Shown here in pieces: positions 7,018 through 16,400 of a DNA stretch of 24,000 bases. The stretch covers positions 904,991 through 928,990 of the forward strand of contig CP178758.1 of NCBI GenBank assembly GCA_047651235.1, read 5' to 3'. This stretch comes from Candidatus Electrothrix yaqonensis (lineage in GTDB: Bacteria; Desulfobacterota; Desulfobulbia; Desulfobulbales; Desulfobulbaceae). The notes under the pieces were generated by a model. The model was not told the DNA's origin. It worked only from the letters and a program-made list of their open reading frames with translations, and did no database searches. A program made the translations under genes and the position numbers. The first letter of the stretch is position 1. Each line of letters begins with the position of its first letter.

Positions 7018-7203
7018 ATGTTTGAAGTAGTTGTTGATAAAGAAAAATGTGTCGGTTGCGAAGAGTGTGTCGGTTCCTGCCCGGCAGGCGTATTTGAGAT
7101 GGTTGACGGCAAGTCTGATCCGGTGAACGAAGATGAATGTCTGGGCTGTGAGACCTGCGTCGAAGTCTGTGAGGTAGAAGCCATCACCGTGACTGAATCC
7201 TGA
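7018..7203 (+). CDS. Small 2x[4Fe-4S] ferredoxin (61 aa)
   Basis: It has two cluster motifs, CVGCEECVGSCP and CLGCETCVEVCE. The SD is strong (AAGGAGAAAGATATG). Size and acidity are typical of bacterial-type ferredoxins. Confidence 0.9.
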   Translation: MFEVVVDKEKCVGCEECVGSCPAGVFEMVDGKSDPVNEDECLGCETCVEVCEVEAITVTES

Positions 7204-7363
7204 TCCACCACCCGGTTACGAGTTCAGGGCAGCGGTCAGCCCGGCGCGCCGTTGCCCCTTCTTTCTGCCCTCCCTGCCGGATTTTCTTTTCCCCTTTGTT
7301 CACAGCAGAATAACAGAATAGACTTTTTGTTCTTCAGCTCTGCAACCTCGACGGGCTGCAGAT

Positions 7364-7399
7364 AAAAAAAAGGCACAGAGCAGATGCCCTATGCCTTTT
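7364..7399 (-). terminator. Rho-independent terminator for the Cys-rich protein gene; it may also act weakly on the convergent ferredoxin gene
   Basis: The minus-strand RNA forms ggcauag...cugugcc (7395-7389 paired with 7378-7372, including one G-U pair) followed by U8 (7371-7364), 58 nt after the stop at 7454. On the plus strand the same stem has a C-A mismatch and only a 4-T tail. Confidence 0.6.
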
Positions 7400-7453
7400 C
7401 CGGTTTCCCGGTCTCCGACGTGAGGTGGGGAGGGAATAAGTCTCCGCCTTACC

Positions 7454-8506
7454 TTACTGCTGGAAGCGCAGCCCTATGCCGAACCGTCCGTACTCCGAGA
7501 TGCTGTCCAGTTCATCGACCGCATTGCGGGCTTCCAAGAAGACAGAAATGTTGAAGTCGTCCGGATCGCCGTACACACGGGCCCCGATATTGGCCAGAAA
7601 ATCAATATCCGTGTCCTCCGAATCAGAGTCATCGTCTCCTGAGCTGATCCAGGTGCCGAGACCGATGCCCAGGAATCCGTCAAAGCTTTCAGACCAGTTG
7701 TACTGGGCAAAGAGATCGACCAGCAGGGCATCGTCGCCGTCAGAACCGCTCACTTTGGGCGCTGCACCGACTAAAGCCAGGAAAGAGACATCTTCCAGCG
7801 AAGTATCGGTAAAGGGGCTGTACTCAACACCGAGCCGGGCAAAGAGATAATCTGCCGGATCCGAGAGCCGCAGATAACCAAGATCTCCTATAAAACGGAG
7901 AGCCTTCGACCCGCTACCCTCTCCGTCATCGGTGAAATCATCATCAGGAACAGGAGGTGCATCGGGATCAAGCAGACATTCTTCCGGGATACCCTGACAT
8001 CCTTCCGGACAGTCTTCAGCATCCTCAGCACCTGCTGCGCATGATTCCGGGCAGTCGGACGGAAATTTGTCGCAGATGTTGCATCCGAGTTCATCGCATA
8101 CAGGCGGGCAGTCTTTCCCGTCCGGATTCTCAATGCATGCAACAGAACAGTCATCGCAGGTGTAACAGCTTATATCTCTGCAGATATCCGGGCAGGTTTC
8201 ACCGAAAGGATTTTTTTTGCAGGCAGCCGTGCAGTCACTGCAGGACTGACAGGCTACATCTCTGCAGATATCCGGACATCCCTTGCCGTAAGGATTTTTT
8301 TTGCATGCCTCCGAACACTCGTTACAGGATGCCTGACATTCCGGATCAGCGCAGATCGGCGGACAGCCCTTGGCATAAGGATTTTCCAGGCATTCATCTG
8401 AACAGTCGTCGCAGGTCAGCGCTCTGCCTCCGGCAGAGGCGATACCGGCTGACAGCAGGATAAAGACAGCCGTCTGTGCCAATACTTTCAGTTTCATGGT
8501 TTTCAC
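7454..8506 (-). CDS. Secreted cysteine-rich tandem-repeat protein with an acidic C-terminal domain predicted to be an 8-strand outer-membrane beta-barrel; function unknown
   Basis: It has a Sec signal peptide (MKTMKLKVLAQTAVFILLSAGIASA) with no twin arginine. Residues 32-177 contain 30 Cys arranged in five 25-36-aa modules, e.g. CQSCSDCTAACKKNPFGETCPDICRDIS. Residues about 201-350 show eight alternating hydrophobic/hydrophilic stretches: ALRFIGDLGYLRL, YLFARLGVEYS, VSFLALVGAAP, LLVDLFAQYNW, FLGIGLGTWIS, IDFLANIGARVY, FNISVFLEARN and YGRFGIGLRFQQ. These are separated by Asp/Ser-rich loops. The gene has its own promoter and terminator candidates. Confidence 0.85.
   Translation of the reverse strand: MKTMKLKVLAQTAVFILLSAGIASAGGRALTCDDCSDECLENPYAKGCPPICADPECQASCNECSEACKKNPYGKGCPDICRDVACQSCSDCTAACKKNPFGETCPDICRDISCYTCDDCSVACIENPDGKDCPPVCDELGCNICDKFPSDCPESCAAGAEDAEDCPEGCQGIPEECLLDPDAPPVPDDDFTDDGEGSGSKALRFIGDLGYLRLSDPADYLFARLGVEYSPFTDTSLEDVSFLALVGAAPKVSGSDGDDALLVDLFAQYNWSESFDGFLGIGLGTWISSGDDDSDSEDTDIDFLANIGARVYGDPDDFNISVFLEARNAVDELDSISEYGRFGIGLRFQQ
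8084..8413 (-). repeat. In-frame tandem coding repeats (84-87-bp period) encoding the Cys modules
   Basis: The plus-strand 18-mer atctctgcagatatccgg occurs at 8174-8191 and again at 8258-8275. The 16-mer aaggattttttttgca occurs at 8206-8221 and again at 8290-8305. Both pairs are offset by 84 bp. A more diverged copy lies 87 bp further on. Confidence 0.85.
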
Positions 8507-8610
8507 TCTCCTTTTTCTCTGAAGTTCATCTCATTGCCCGCAGTCATCACCAGCGGGCCGTATTCTGTTTTAAACATTTCCGGGTGAACGGTAAAATTTT
8601 TTATACTCTT

Positions 8611-8639
8611 TTTATATAAGCTCTCTTGTCATCTGGCAA
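8611..8639 (-). promoter_or_regulatory. Candidate sigma70 promoter for the Cys-rich protein gene (TTGCCA-N17-TATAAA)
   Basis: On the minus strand, TTGCCA is at 8639-8634, followed by a 17-nt spacer and TATAAA at 8616-8611, about 105 nt upstream of the ATG at 8506. Confidence 0.4.
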
Positions 8640-8768
8640 GATAAAAAAAGAGCAGGAAGGAAGACAGGAGGACAATTTTCTTCCACAGTACTTTGAGATA
8701 TGCCTCGCCTGTGTAAAGCTTGTAAAAAAAAATCTGCTGTAGTCCTTCTTTGCCGGGAGCTCTTGATC

Positions 8769-11696
8769 CTACTCTAACTCCGTAATATCGTCAAACAGTC
8801 CGGCGTCTGCTCTGATTTTTCCGCTGCTGCCGATGCTGGCCCGTACACCATTGTCCTGCAGTCTTTCCAGCAGTGGTGCATAGCTGCGTATGGCCTCCAC
8901 TTCCGTATCAATCGCCCGTTCAATACGTTCCTGTTTGTATTCCGGCGTAATACCGAAGAGGTATTCATTCCGGGCGGCAACACCCTGCAGGGCAGGGGAA
9001 AGCAGCGGGGTCAGACTGCCGTAGGTTCCGATGATTAATTGATCCAGTTTTTCCCGGCTCAGGTCGAGCTGCCGCACAGCAGCAGCAATGGCATCATAGG
9101 CTGCGTAGGTTCTGGCAACCTGGGGATCCCGGTAGCTGACCAGAGCGAGATTGCCGGTGGGCTGGTGGAACTGGACAAAACAGCCGTAGGCTCCGCCTAA
9201 TTGACGCACCGTGTTCCAGAGATAATCCCGTGACAGCCAGGTTTTGAGAACCTCGAACTCACCGCTGTACTGAGAATGATCCATAAACAGGGTACAGCCC
9301 TGGACATTGTAGACCACATCAGCCGAAGTGCAGAATCCCTGTCGGGCAGGCAGCTCCGGAAAAGCAAGCTCAGCAGGCGGTTGCGGTGTTCCCTGCAAAG
9401 AACTGCAGATACCGGCTGCATATTCCCTGACCCGATCAATATCAGGAGCAGATGCGGTCACCGCGATTTTGAGTCCGTCCGGCTGAAAAAGCAGCTGCCG
9501 GAGGGCTTCCAACCGGGCAAGGAACTCCTCCTCCTGACCTGCATAATCAGCAACCAGAGCCTTGAGCTGCAGGTAGGCTGTCGCGCCGTTGACGTACTCG
9601 TTCAGCATGCCGGATCTGCCGAGATGAGCAAAAACCCTGGAGGAAGCCAAGGCATATCCCTCGCTCTGCACTGAATGCTCGTTCCAGGTAAATTCTCGGA
9701 AGACAATTTCCCGGATACGCTGCCGGTTGCTGAGGTCGAGATCGGCAAAGACCTCACGGACCAGTTTGATAGCTTCGGGCAGATAATCGGACAGGGCCTT
9801 GAGCTGGAACCAGAGCACCGAGTGCATGGATTCCGGCCTGTTCATATGCTGATAGGTGGAGAACGAGTGGCTGAATCCTCCTGTGCAGATGTTGATATCC
9901 TTGGCAAAGCGGATGTAGTCCCGCGAGCCGGTGCCGATTTCGGTGGCAATGGTGGCGAACAGATCCAGCCAGGGCAGCAGGTCCGTCGGCACAGCCGAAC
10001 AGTCCAGGCCGAACTGGATATAGACGATGGAGTTGGTGTCCAGCTCACTGGCAATGCAGGTTGCGGAAGCGCAGTCCGTAACTTTGGGCCGCAGAAACTC
10101 CGGTCTGCGCTCCAGATCCTGCCGGGAAAGGCGGGGCAGCAGGGCAAGGGTCTGCTCGCTGTTCGGCGTCTGCTGAAGCCGCATGAGTTCCTGGGTATTG
10201 GCGATCAGGGCCTGAACTTGGTCGGCAGCAAGGGTCTGTTCATAAGCAGCCAGCCGCTCCTGCTCCCTGGCCATGCTTCGGCCTGTTTTTTCCGGATCAG
10301 GCGATAGGGTTACGGCAACAAAGGCCGGCGTTTCGACAAGATGGTCTTTGATCAGCTCTTCAAAATAATTTTCTTCCAGAGCCTTGTGCCGGATTGCGGC
10401 AAACACTTCCTCGATAGCCAGGGCTGCAAAGGGATCAGTCCCGTGCTGGAGGGCTGGCAGGGCTTTGCCAATCAGATCTAGGCCGCGCTGGGCCTTGGTC
10501 AGATCCTCCCGAAAAGCAAACTCGTATTTGTTCAGCTCTGACAGAACAAAATCCCGGTCAAGTCCCTGTGCAATGATCCCGGCCAGCGTTTCCCGGTACA
10601 GCTCCAGAAAACGGTCCCGCTGATCCGCCTCGGACCCGATCAGATAGGTCATCATAAAGGTTTTATAGCAGGAATCAGCCAGAAACATGCCGCCGAAATC
10701 CCGGCACAGCCCGGCTTCCAGGATAGCCTTTTTTAGGGGTGAGGCATCGGAGTTATAGAGGATATTGGCAATGATCTGAAAAGCAGTGTTGCGCTGACGA
10801 TCTAAGATTGTTCCCACAGCCGTACCCACGGCCAGATAGGTCTTGCCGGTCAGCTGGCTGCCCGGCTGCACTGCATAGCTGTCCTCGATAAACACCGGTT
10901 CACTGATGCCCGGGCCCCGGATGATTTCAGCCTTGTCACCGGGCCCGTCGTATTCAGCCAGAAAATTTTCCTGCACAGCAGCCAGCTCCTGCTCCAGATC
11001 AGCATCGCCGTAAAAAAAGAGCATGGCATTGGAGGGATGGTAATGCTTTTCATGAAAGGCAACAAACTGCTCATAACTGAGGTCAGGGATGGCGGCAGGA
11101 TCACCGCCGGATTCATGGGCATAGGTGGAGTCCGGCATCAGTCCGGCAAAGGTGTGGTGAAAGATGGCCCGGATGGGATCGGAATAGGCCCCCTTCATCT
11201 CATTGAGCACCACGCCCTGAAACTGCAGCGGTGCATCCTCGGCCTCCTTATGATAATGCCAGCCCTCCTGTTCAAAGGTGCTGCGCGGAAGCAGCGGATT
11301 GAACACAACATCGCAGTACACGTCCATGATGTTGAAGTACTCGGTCATATTACGGCTGGCAAAGGGATACCAGGTGGTGTCCGAGCCGGTCATGGCATTG
11401 AGAAAGGTGGTCAGGCCGCCCTTGTTGATCTCGCCGAACACATCATGCACCGGATATTTTTTCGATCCCATAAGCACGGAATGCTCCAAGATATGGGCCA
11501 CGCCGGTGGAGTCCTCCGGCACAGTCTGAAAGGCAATGCAGAAGGTCTTATTGGGGTCGGTATTCTTGATGGCCAGAGCCGGGGTGCCGAGCTGCTCATG
11601 CTCAAAAAGATAGACGTCGGAACGGATATCAGCAAGATGCTCCTGACGCCGGAGAATAAATCCGTGATAGCTGGAACCGATAGTGAAGTTTGTCAT
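8769..11696 (-). CDS. Insulinase-family zinc metallopeptidase, M16C subfamily (presequence protease PreP-like), 975 aa
   Basis: It has the inverted zinc motif HILEHSVLMGSKKYP (HxxEH). Its length (about 975 aa) and four-domain layout are typical of M16C. I prefer the ATG at 11696 (MTNFTIGSSYHGF...) over the TTG at 11762 used in the ORF track, because the 22 extra residues are not family-like. Confidence 0.9.
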   Translation of the reverse strand: MTNFTIGSSYHGFILRRQEHLADIRSDVYLFEHEQLGTPALAIKNTDPNKTFCIAFQTVPEDSTGVAHILEHSVLMGSKKYPVHDVFGEINKGGLTTFLNAMTGSDTTWYPFASRNMTEYFNIMDVYCDVVFNPLLPRSTFEQEGWHYHKEAEDAPLQFQGVVLNEMKGAYSDPIRAIFHHTFAGLMPDSTYAHESGGDPAAIPDLSYEQFVAFHEKHYHPSNAMLFFYGDADLEQELAAVQENFLAEYDGPGDKAEIIRGPGISEPVFIEDSYAVQPGSQLTGKTYLAVGTAVGTILDRQRNTAFQIIANILYNSDASPLKKAILEAGLCRDFGGMFLADSCYKTFMMTYLIGSEADQRDRFLELYRETLAGIIAQGLDRDFVLSELNKYEFAFREDLTKAQRGLDLIGKALPALQHGTDPFAALAIEEVFAAIRHKALEENYFEELIKDHLVETPAFVAVTLSPDPEKTGRSMAREQERLAAYEQTLAADQVQALIANTQELMRLQQTPNSEQTLALLPRLSRQDLERRPEFLRPKVTDCASATCIASELDTNSIVYIQFGLDCSAVPTDLLPWLDLFATIATEIGTGSRDYIRFAKDINICTGGFSHSFSTYQHMNRPESMHSVLWFQLKALSDYLPEAIKLVREVFADLDLSNRQRIREIVFREFTWNEHSVQSEGYALASSRVFAHLGRSGMLNEYVNGATAYLQLKALVADYAGQEEEFLARLEALRQLLFQPDGLKIAVTASAPDIDRVREYAAGICSSLQGTPQPPAELAFPELPARQGFCTSADVVYNVQGCTLFMDHSQYSGEFEVLKTWLSRDYLWNTVRQLGGAYGCFVQFHQPTGNLALVSYRDPQVARTYAAYDAIAAAVRQLDLSREKLDQLIIGTYGSLTPLLSPALQGVAARNEYLFGITPEYKQERIERAIDTEVEAIRSYAPLLERLQDNGVRASIGSSGKIRADAGLFDDITELE

Positions 11697-11785
11697 ATGT
11701 GATATTTTTCGGTTTGCGGTTGTGATCCGGGACTGGAGAACAGAATAACAAAACGATAGCAAAACAGCTATACGGAAATAGTATC

Positions 11786-12235
11786 CTAAAATTTCTTATG
11801 AGAATCAAGGAGAATGGTCACCGGCCCGGTATTGACCAGACTGACATCCATCATGGCCCGGAACTCACCGCTGGCTGTAATGACGCCGTAAGTCTCAACA
11901 GCGCGGATAAAATCAAGATAGAGCTGTTTTGCCTGCTCCGGCGGCGCAGCAGACGACCAGGACGGACGACGTCCTTTGCGGCAGTCAGCCAGCAGGGTAA
12001 ACTGGGAGACAACGAGCATGGACCCGCCGGTATCAGCAAGGGAGCGGTTCATCTTCCCCTGTTCATCTTCAAAGATGCGCAGATGAACGATCTTCTCTGC
12101 CAGCCAAGCGATATCCTTCTGCTCATCATCCTTATGCACCCCAAGCAGAACCAGCAGGCCCGTCCCTATGGTCCCGGTCTGCTGCCCGGCAACCGTGACC
12201 TCTGCGGAACTGACCCGCTGCAGCACGGCCCTCAT
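11786..12235 (-). CDS. dtd: D-aminoacyl-tRNA deacylase
   Basis: [15 protein letters not shown]...GLLVLLGV...[29 protein letters not shown]...[11 protein letters not shown] matches Dtd along its full 149-aa length. The start overlaps the rsmE stop (ATGA). Confidence 0.95.
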   Translation of the reverse strand: MRAVLQRVSSAEVTVAGQQTGTIGTGLLVLLGVHKDDEQKDIAWLAEKIVHLRIFEDEQGKMNRSLADTGGSMLVVSQFTLLADCRKGRRPSWSSAAPPEQAKQLYLDFIRAVETYGVITASGEFRAMMDVSLVNTGPVTILLDSHKKF

Positions 12236-13011
12236 CGTCCGCTCTCCGTATTATTCACCGTACTGTTCTTCGCAGCCGGTTGTCCGGGGAAGGCGCAGAG
12301 ATTATGCACGGTATGCTGAATCAGCGTGACAGCAGAGAGAGCCGCTGTTTCAGCCCGCAGAATGCGCGGGCCGAGCGAGAAAGTCATAAATCCCAATTCC
12401 AGAGCATATTCGACCTCGTCAGCATGAAAGCCGCCCTCCGGCCCGATCAGCAGAACCACAGGACGTCCGCAGTCCAGCCGGACAGCGGAGAAAGAGCAGT
12501 TCTGTTCTCCTTCCCACGGCATAACCTTATTGCAGCCCTCCGGAAAAAACAGATCCTGCAGCGGGGTCGGCGGGCTGATATGCATGGGGACCGGCCGTCG
12601 GCACTGCTTGCATGCCTCCAGCATAATCCGCGTCCAGCGCTTGAGCTGCTGCCTTTCCCCGGTCTTTCCTGCACAGTAGCGGGTGATGACCGGAACAAAG
12701 GCATTTACACCCAGTTCGGTAGCCTTCTGGATCAGCAGGTCCATTTTCTTTCCCTTCAGGACTCCCTGGGCCAGAGTCAGGGGAATTCCGGTTTCCGGTT
12801 CCATATGCCGGGTCATAACCTGAAAGACCACCTGACCGGAGCAGATCTGCTCAATCCGCCCGGCTACGACACTGCCTGTGCCGTCAAACAGCTCGACCGC
12901 ATCACCGCACTGCATCCGCAGAACGCTTCTGATGTGATGGGCTTCGGCCCCGTTGATCAGAACCCGATCCTCCGTGTCCTGAATGTCGGAATCGTAAAAA
13001 AAACGTCGCAT
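12232..13011 (-). CDS. rsmE: 16S rRNA (uracil1498-N3)-methyltransferase RsmE
   Basis: MRRFFYDS...[28 protein letters not shown]...[10 protein letters not shown]...[11 protein letters not shown]...[16 protein letters not shown] are the PUA-like and SPOUT motifs of RsmE. Confidence 0.9.
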   Translation of the reverse strand: MRRFFYDSDIQDTEDRVLINGAEAHHIRSVLRMQCGDAVELFDGTGSVVAGRIEQICSGQVVFQVMTRHMEPETGIPLTLAQGVLKGKKMDLLIQKATELGVNAFVPVITRYCAGKTGERQQLKRWTRIMLEACKQCRRPVPMHISPPTPLQDLFFPEGCNKVMPWEGEQNCSFSAVRLDCGRPVVLLIGPEGGFHADEVEYALELGFMTFSLGPRILRAETAALSAVTLIQHTVHNLCAFPGQPAAKNSTVNNTESGR

Positions 13012-13231
13012 GAAAACCGGTTGTTCCGTAAGCGGAACCTCTGCTGCCTGCTGATATATATTCTGCCGGACGAACAGTCACTCCTCGGACTGCTGCCCCC
13101 AAAATACGCATACAAGAAACCAGATATCTTTGTCTCCTGCAAGCCTTTTTTGTCAAGAAAAACAGAAAGACGGATTCTTTCCCGACAGGAAGGGAAACGT
13201 GCACTGCAGTTTCAGGGCGGCCAGCTCTTTT

Positions 13232-13260
13232 TTGACGATATGTCCGCAATGGTGTAGAAT
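13232..13260 (+). promoter_or_regulatory. Candidate sigma70 promoter for the ABC importer operon (TTGACG-N17-TAGAAT)
   Basis: TTGACG is at 13232-13237 and TAGAAT at 13255-13260. This would give a leader of about 160 nt containing a 7-bp hairpin, tccggtt-tcaacgc-aaccgga (13265-13285). Confidence 0.45.
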
Positions 13261-13426
13261 GGCGTCCGGTTTCAACGCAACCGGAAAATTGTCAATCACC
13301 TGTCGCCATTTTCCGCAGGTATTACATTCTCATTCCTTACTCCTCTGATTTCGATTGACGAACAGCTCTCTTTCTGCTTTTCTGTAAGCTCAATTGCCTT
13401 CAGCCCCGACTTTGCAAAAACATACG

Positions 13427-16400
13427 ATGCGCAATTTTTTTATTCGCCTCCCCTTGCGCCTGATCCTCGGCGTTGCCTGCATTTTTCTGCTTTTTTTGGG
13501 GTGCAGCTTTCTCTTTTCACCTGCGCCGTCGGATACCGAAGCCCAATCTTCCCCTGACCTGGAAATACAGAAAGCGGTACAAAAAGTGGAGCTGGCTGTG
13601 CTCAAAGATCAGTCCATTGATCCTGATAAAATCATGCGCGTACAGGTGGAAGTGGACTACGATGAGGGAGAGGAGGGAGCATGGTATCCCAAGGCGGAAT
13701 CGCCGGTTCTGACGCCGCTGGTGGAAAAAGGAAAACTCCCTCCGGTGGCTGAGCGGGTCGGGGAAGAACCGCTGGTGCTCAAGGGTCTGCATGGCGCTGC
13801 CGAGTACGGCGGCAGCATGTACCGGCTGAACAGTGTCCCGGCCCCGCGCCTCACCCCGATCAATCTGGTGCGCTTCAGTCCGCAGGGCTTTCCCATTGTT
13901 CCCAATGTCGCCAAAAGCTGGACCATCAGCAAGGACGGTCGCCGCTTTACCTTTAGCCTGCGCAAGGGCATGAAATGGAGTGACGGGCAGCCCTTTACTT
14001 CAGAGGATATCCTGTATTGGTGGCGGCACGAACAATGCGATAAAAGCGTCAGTCCCGGCGGCCCTGCGCCGCTGTATGTCCATCACGGCAAACCCATGAC
14101 CGTGACTGCCCCTGATCCGCAGACCATTATTTTTTCCTTTGCAGATCCCTATTTCACCTTTCTGGAGAAACTCGCCGCTTCACCGGGGTATTACAATGCA
14201 TCGCCGCGCCATTTCCTGCAGTCCTATCATCCTGAACTGGGCGATCCGCACCTCATCCTGGATGTCATGCAGACCCATAACTTGGTCAATAAACGGGCTG
14301 TGTACGCGATGGTCAGCAACCGGGTTGAGCGCCCCAGCATCGGCCCCTGGATCACGCGGACGGAGAAGATGAGCTCACCGGAGACCATGGTGCGCAACCC
14401 CTATTACTGGGCCGTAGATACCGAGGGGCGGCAGCTTCCCTATATAGATCGCATCGTGATAACGGAAAAGTCCAAGGATATGGTGGGGATTTCAGCTGCC
14501 CAGGGCGAGGTGACTGTGCAGGCGCGCTCTATCCGGAATGAAGAGTACACCATGCTGATGCGGCAGCGGCAGACCTACGGCTACCAGGTACATCATTGGG
14601 TGCAGGGAAAGGGCAGCGCCTGGGCTATGGCCTTCAACCTGAACCGCAGGATTCCCGAAGGAGACCGGGAAGCGGCCCATAAAGCCAAACTGCTGGCTGA
14701 TAAACGCTTTCGCCAGGCCCTCTCCCTTGCCGTGGATCGGCAGACCATTATTCAGGCCCTGTTCGGCGGTGAGGGGGAACCCCATGCTGTGGGCCCGCCG
14801 CCGACCTCCCCGTTCTATTTTCCGGAACTGCAGCAGACCTACAGCCGCTTTGACCCGGCAAAGGCAAATGCATTATTCGATGCCCTCGGCCTGATCGAGC
14901 GCGACAGGGATGGTTTCCGCCGTTTTCCCGACGGTCCGTCCCTGCTTTTTGATATCAACTACTGCTCCTTTACCGGCGAAGGTCCCGGACAGTTCATTGT
15001 CGAGGACTGGCGCCGGGTCGGTATCCGGGCGCGGATGCGTTCCCAGGACCGCTCAATTTTTTATGTCGAAAAACTGGCCGGGCTGCACGATATCACGGTC
15101 TGGCGGGGCTACGGAGCCTATTTTCCCATCCTTGACCTGCGCTATTATGCTCCGCTGAATTCGGAATCCAACTTTGCCATCCGTTACGGCTCCTGGTATG
15201 CTTCGGGCGGTTTGTTCAAGGAAGACGGGACTGTGCGCGGCACACCGCCACCCAAGGATCATCCCCTGTATCAGGCCCTCCTCCTGAATGAGCAGATCAA
15301 AGAGGCCCCCACTTCTGCCGAACGCCGCGCCCTGTTCGGCGAGCTGCTCAAACTGGCTGCCGAGAATGTCTATATTCTGGACATTACCACGCCACTTCCA
15401 GCTCTGGCCGTGGTGAAAAACGGGGTCAAAAATGTGCCGATCAAGGGGGTGTATTCTTGGTCCTTCCAAAGCCCGGCCAATCTGGGCCTGGAGACCTGGT
15501 GTTACGCAGAACCCAAAATGAGCGCAGCTGAGATCCGGGATATTACCTCTGAGCTCAGCCATATCACGCCGGTGCGCCCGCTCCACAGTACCGGGGTGCA
15601 GAAGCCCTCTGCTTCTGCCGTTACAGCCCCGGCATCTGAGCCTGCTGCTTCCCTTGTCGGGACGCTGATCCGTTACGGTATCGGGCTGGCCCTGCTCCTT
15701 CAGCTGATCCTGCTTATCTTCCGCTTTCCCTTTGTCGGCTATCGGCTGCTGATTATGATCCCGACCCTGATCCTGATCTCCGTCATCACCTTTGTGGTGA
15801 TCGAGCTGCCGCCCGGCGATGCGATCAGCAGCAAGATCATGCAGATGCAGGAAGCAGGCGGTGAGGTCAACCAGAAGGAGATTGATGAAATGAAGGCCCT
15901 GTTCCGCATCGACGAATCGGCCTGGCATCGCTATGCCTGGTGGATGGGACTGGACTGGTTTGCCAGCCGAGAAGGCAGGGATGAGGGCCTGCTGCAGGGG
16001 AATATGGGGCGCTCCATGATGGACCTCAAACCGGTGAACGACAAAGTCGACGACCGACTGCTTTTCACCATTCTGATCTCCCTGGGCACGATCCTCTTCA
16101 CCTGGGCGATGGCCCTGCCCATCGGTATCTACTCGGCAGTGCGCCAGTATTCGTTTTTTGATTACTTTTTTACCGTGATTGGATTCATCGGCATGTGCAT
16201 TCCCGGGTTCCTGCTCGCCCTGCTTCTGATGTTTGCTGCCGAATCTTGGCTCGGGATCAGCGTGTCCGGGCTGTTTTCCCCGGAATATGCCGTTCAGAGC
16301 GGCTGGAGTCAGGGCAAGATTCTGGACCTGCTGCGCCATATCTGGCTCCCCATTTTTGTGCAGGGCGTGGCCGGGACCGCCGGGATGGTCCGGGTCATGC

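Noticed and set aside
7976-8413. Reading the Cys modules as genuine ferredoxin-type [4Fe-4S] domains, reading the protein as an autotransporter, or reading the DNA repeats as a CRISPR array
   Set aside because: - **Ferredoxin domains:** the signal peptide is Sec-type with no twin arginine, so a cofactor-loaded Fe-S domain is unlikely to be exported. The motif also lacks the canonical Cys-Pro.
- **Autotransporter:** an 8-strand barrel of about 150 aa is too small for an autotransporter pore.
- **CRISPR array:** the 84-87-bp DNA repeats are in frame, contiguous and coding, with no spacers.
8721-8768. An intrinsic terminator after the M16C peptidase gene (a T9 run on the minus strand at 8729-8721)
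   Set aside because: I could not find a convincing GC-rich stem immediately upstream of the U tract, so I did not call it.
9675-11702. Plus-strand ORFs of 210 aa (9675-10307) and 221 aa (11037-11702), with several smaller ones
   Set aside because: All are antisense to the 975-aa M16C peptidase gene, which is continuous and motif-bearing. They have no independent support.
11697-11762. N-terminal extensions implied by the ORF-track starts: TTG 11762 for the peptidase, TTG 13394 for the ABC fusion, GTG 4408 for cbiQ and ATG 19922 for the 186-aa ORF
   Set aside because: In each case a downstream ATG gives a family-typical N-terminus or signal peptide: MTNFTIGSSYHGF, MRNFFIRLPLRLIL, MTFEQF preceded by AGGAAG, and MKFKFTLLFF. 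The extra residues look non-native.
12280-13257. A 325-aa plus-strand ORF
   Set aside because: It is antisense to rsmE, whose translation matches the RsmE family end to end. The plus-frame product is Arg/Leu/Pro/Ser-rich with no recognisable domain.
15053-16339. A 428-aa minus-strand ORF, the longest unannotated ORF in the track
   Set aside because: It lies entirely antisense to the SBP-permease fusion gene, which has clear family motifs. Its translation is Gly/Arg/Pro/His/Gln-rich and low in complexity, with no motif, no SD and no sensible start context. This is a typical shadow ORF in GC-rich coding DNA.
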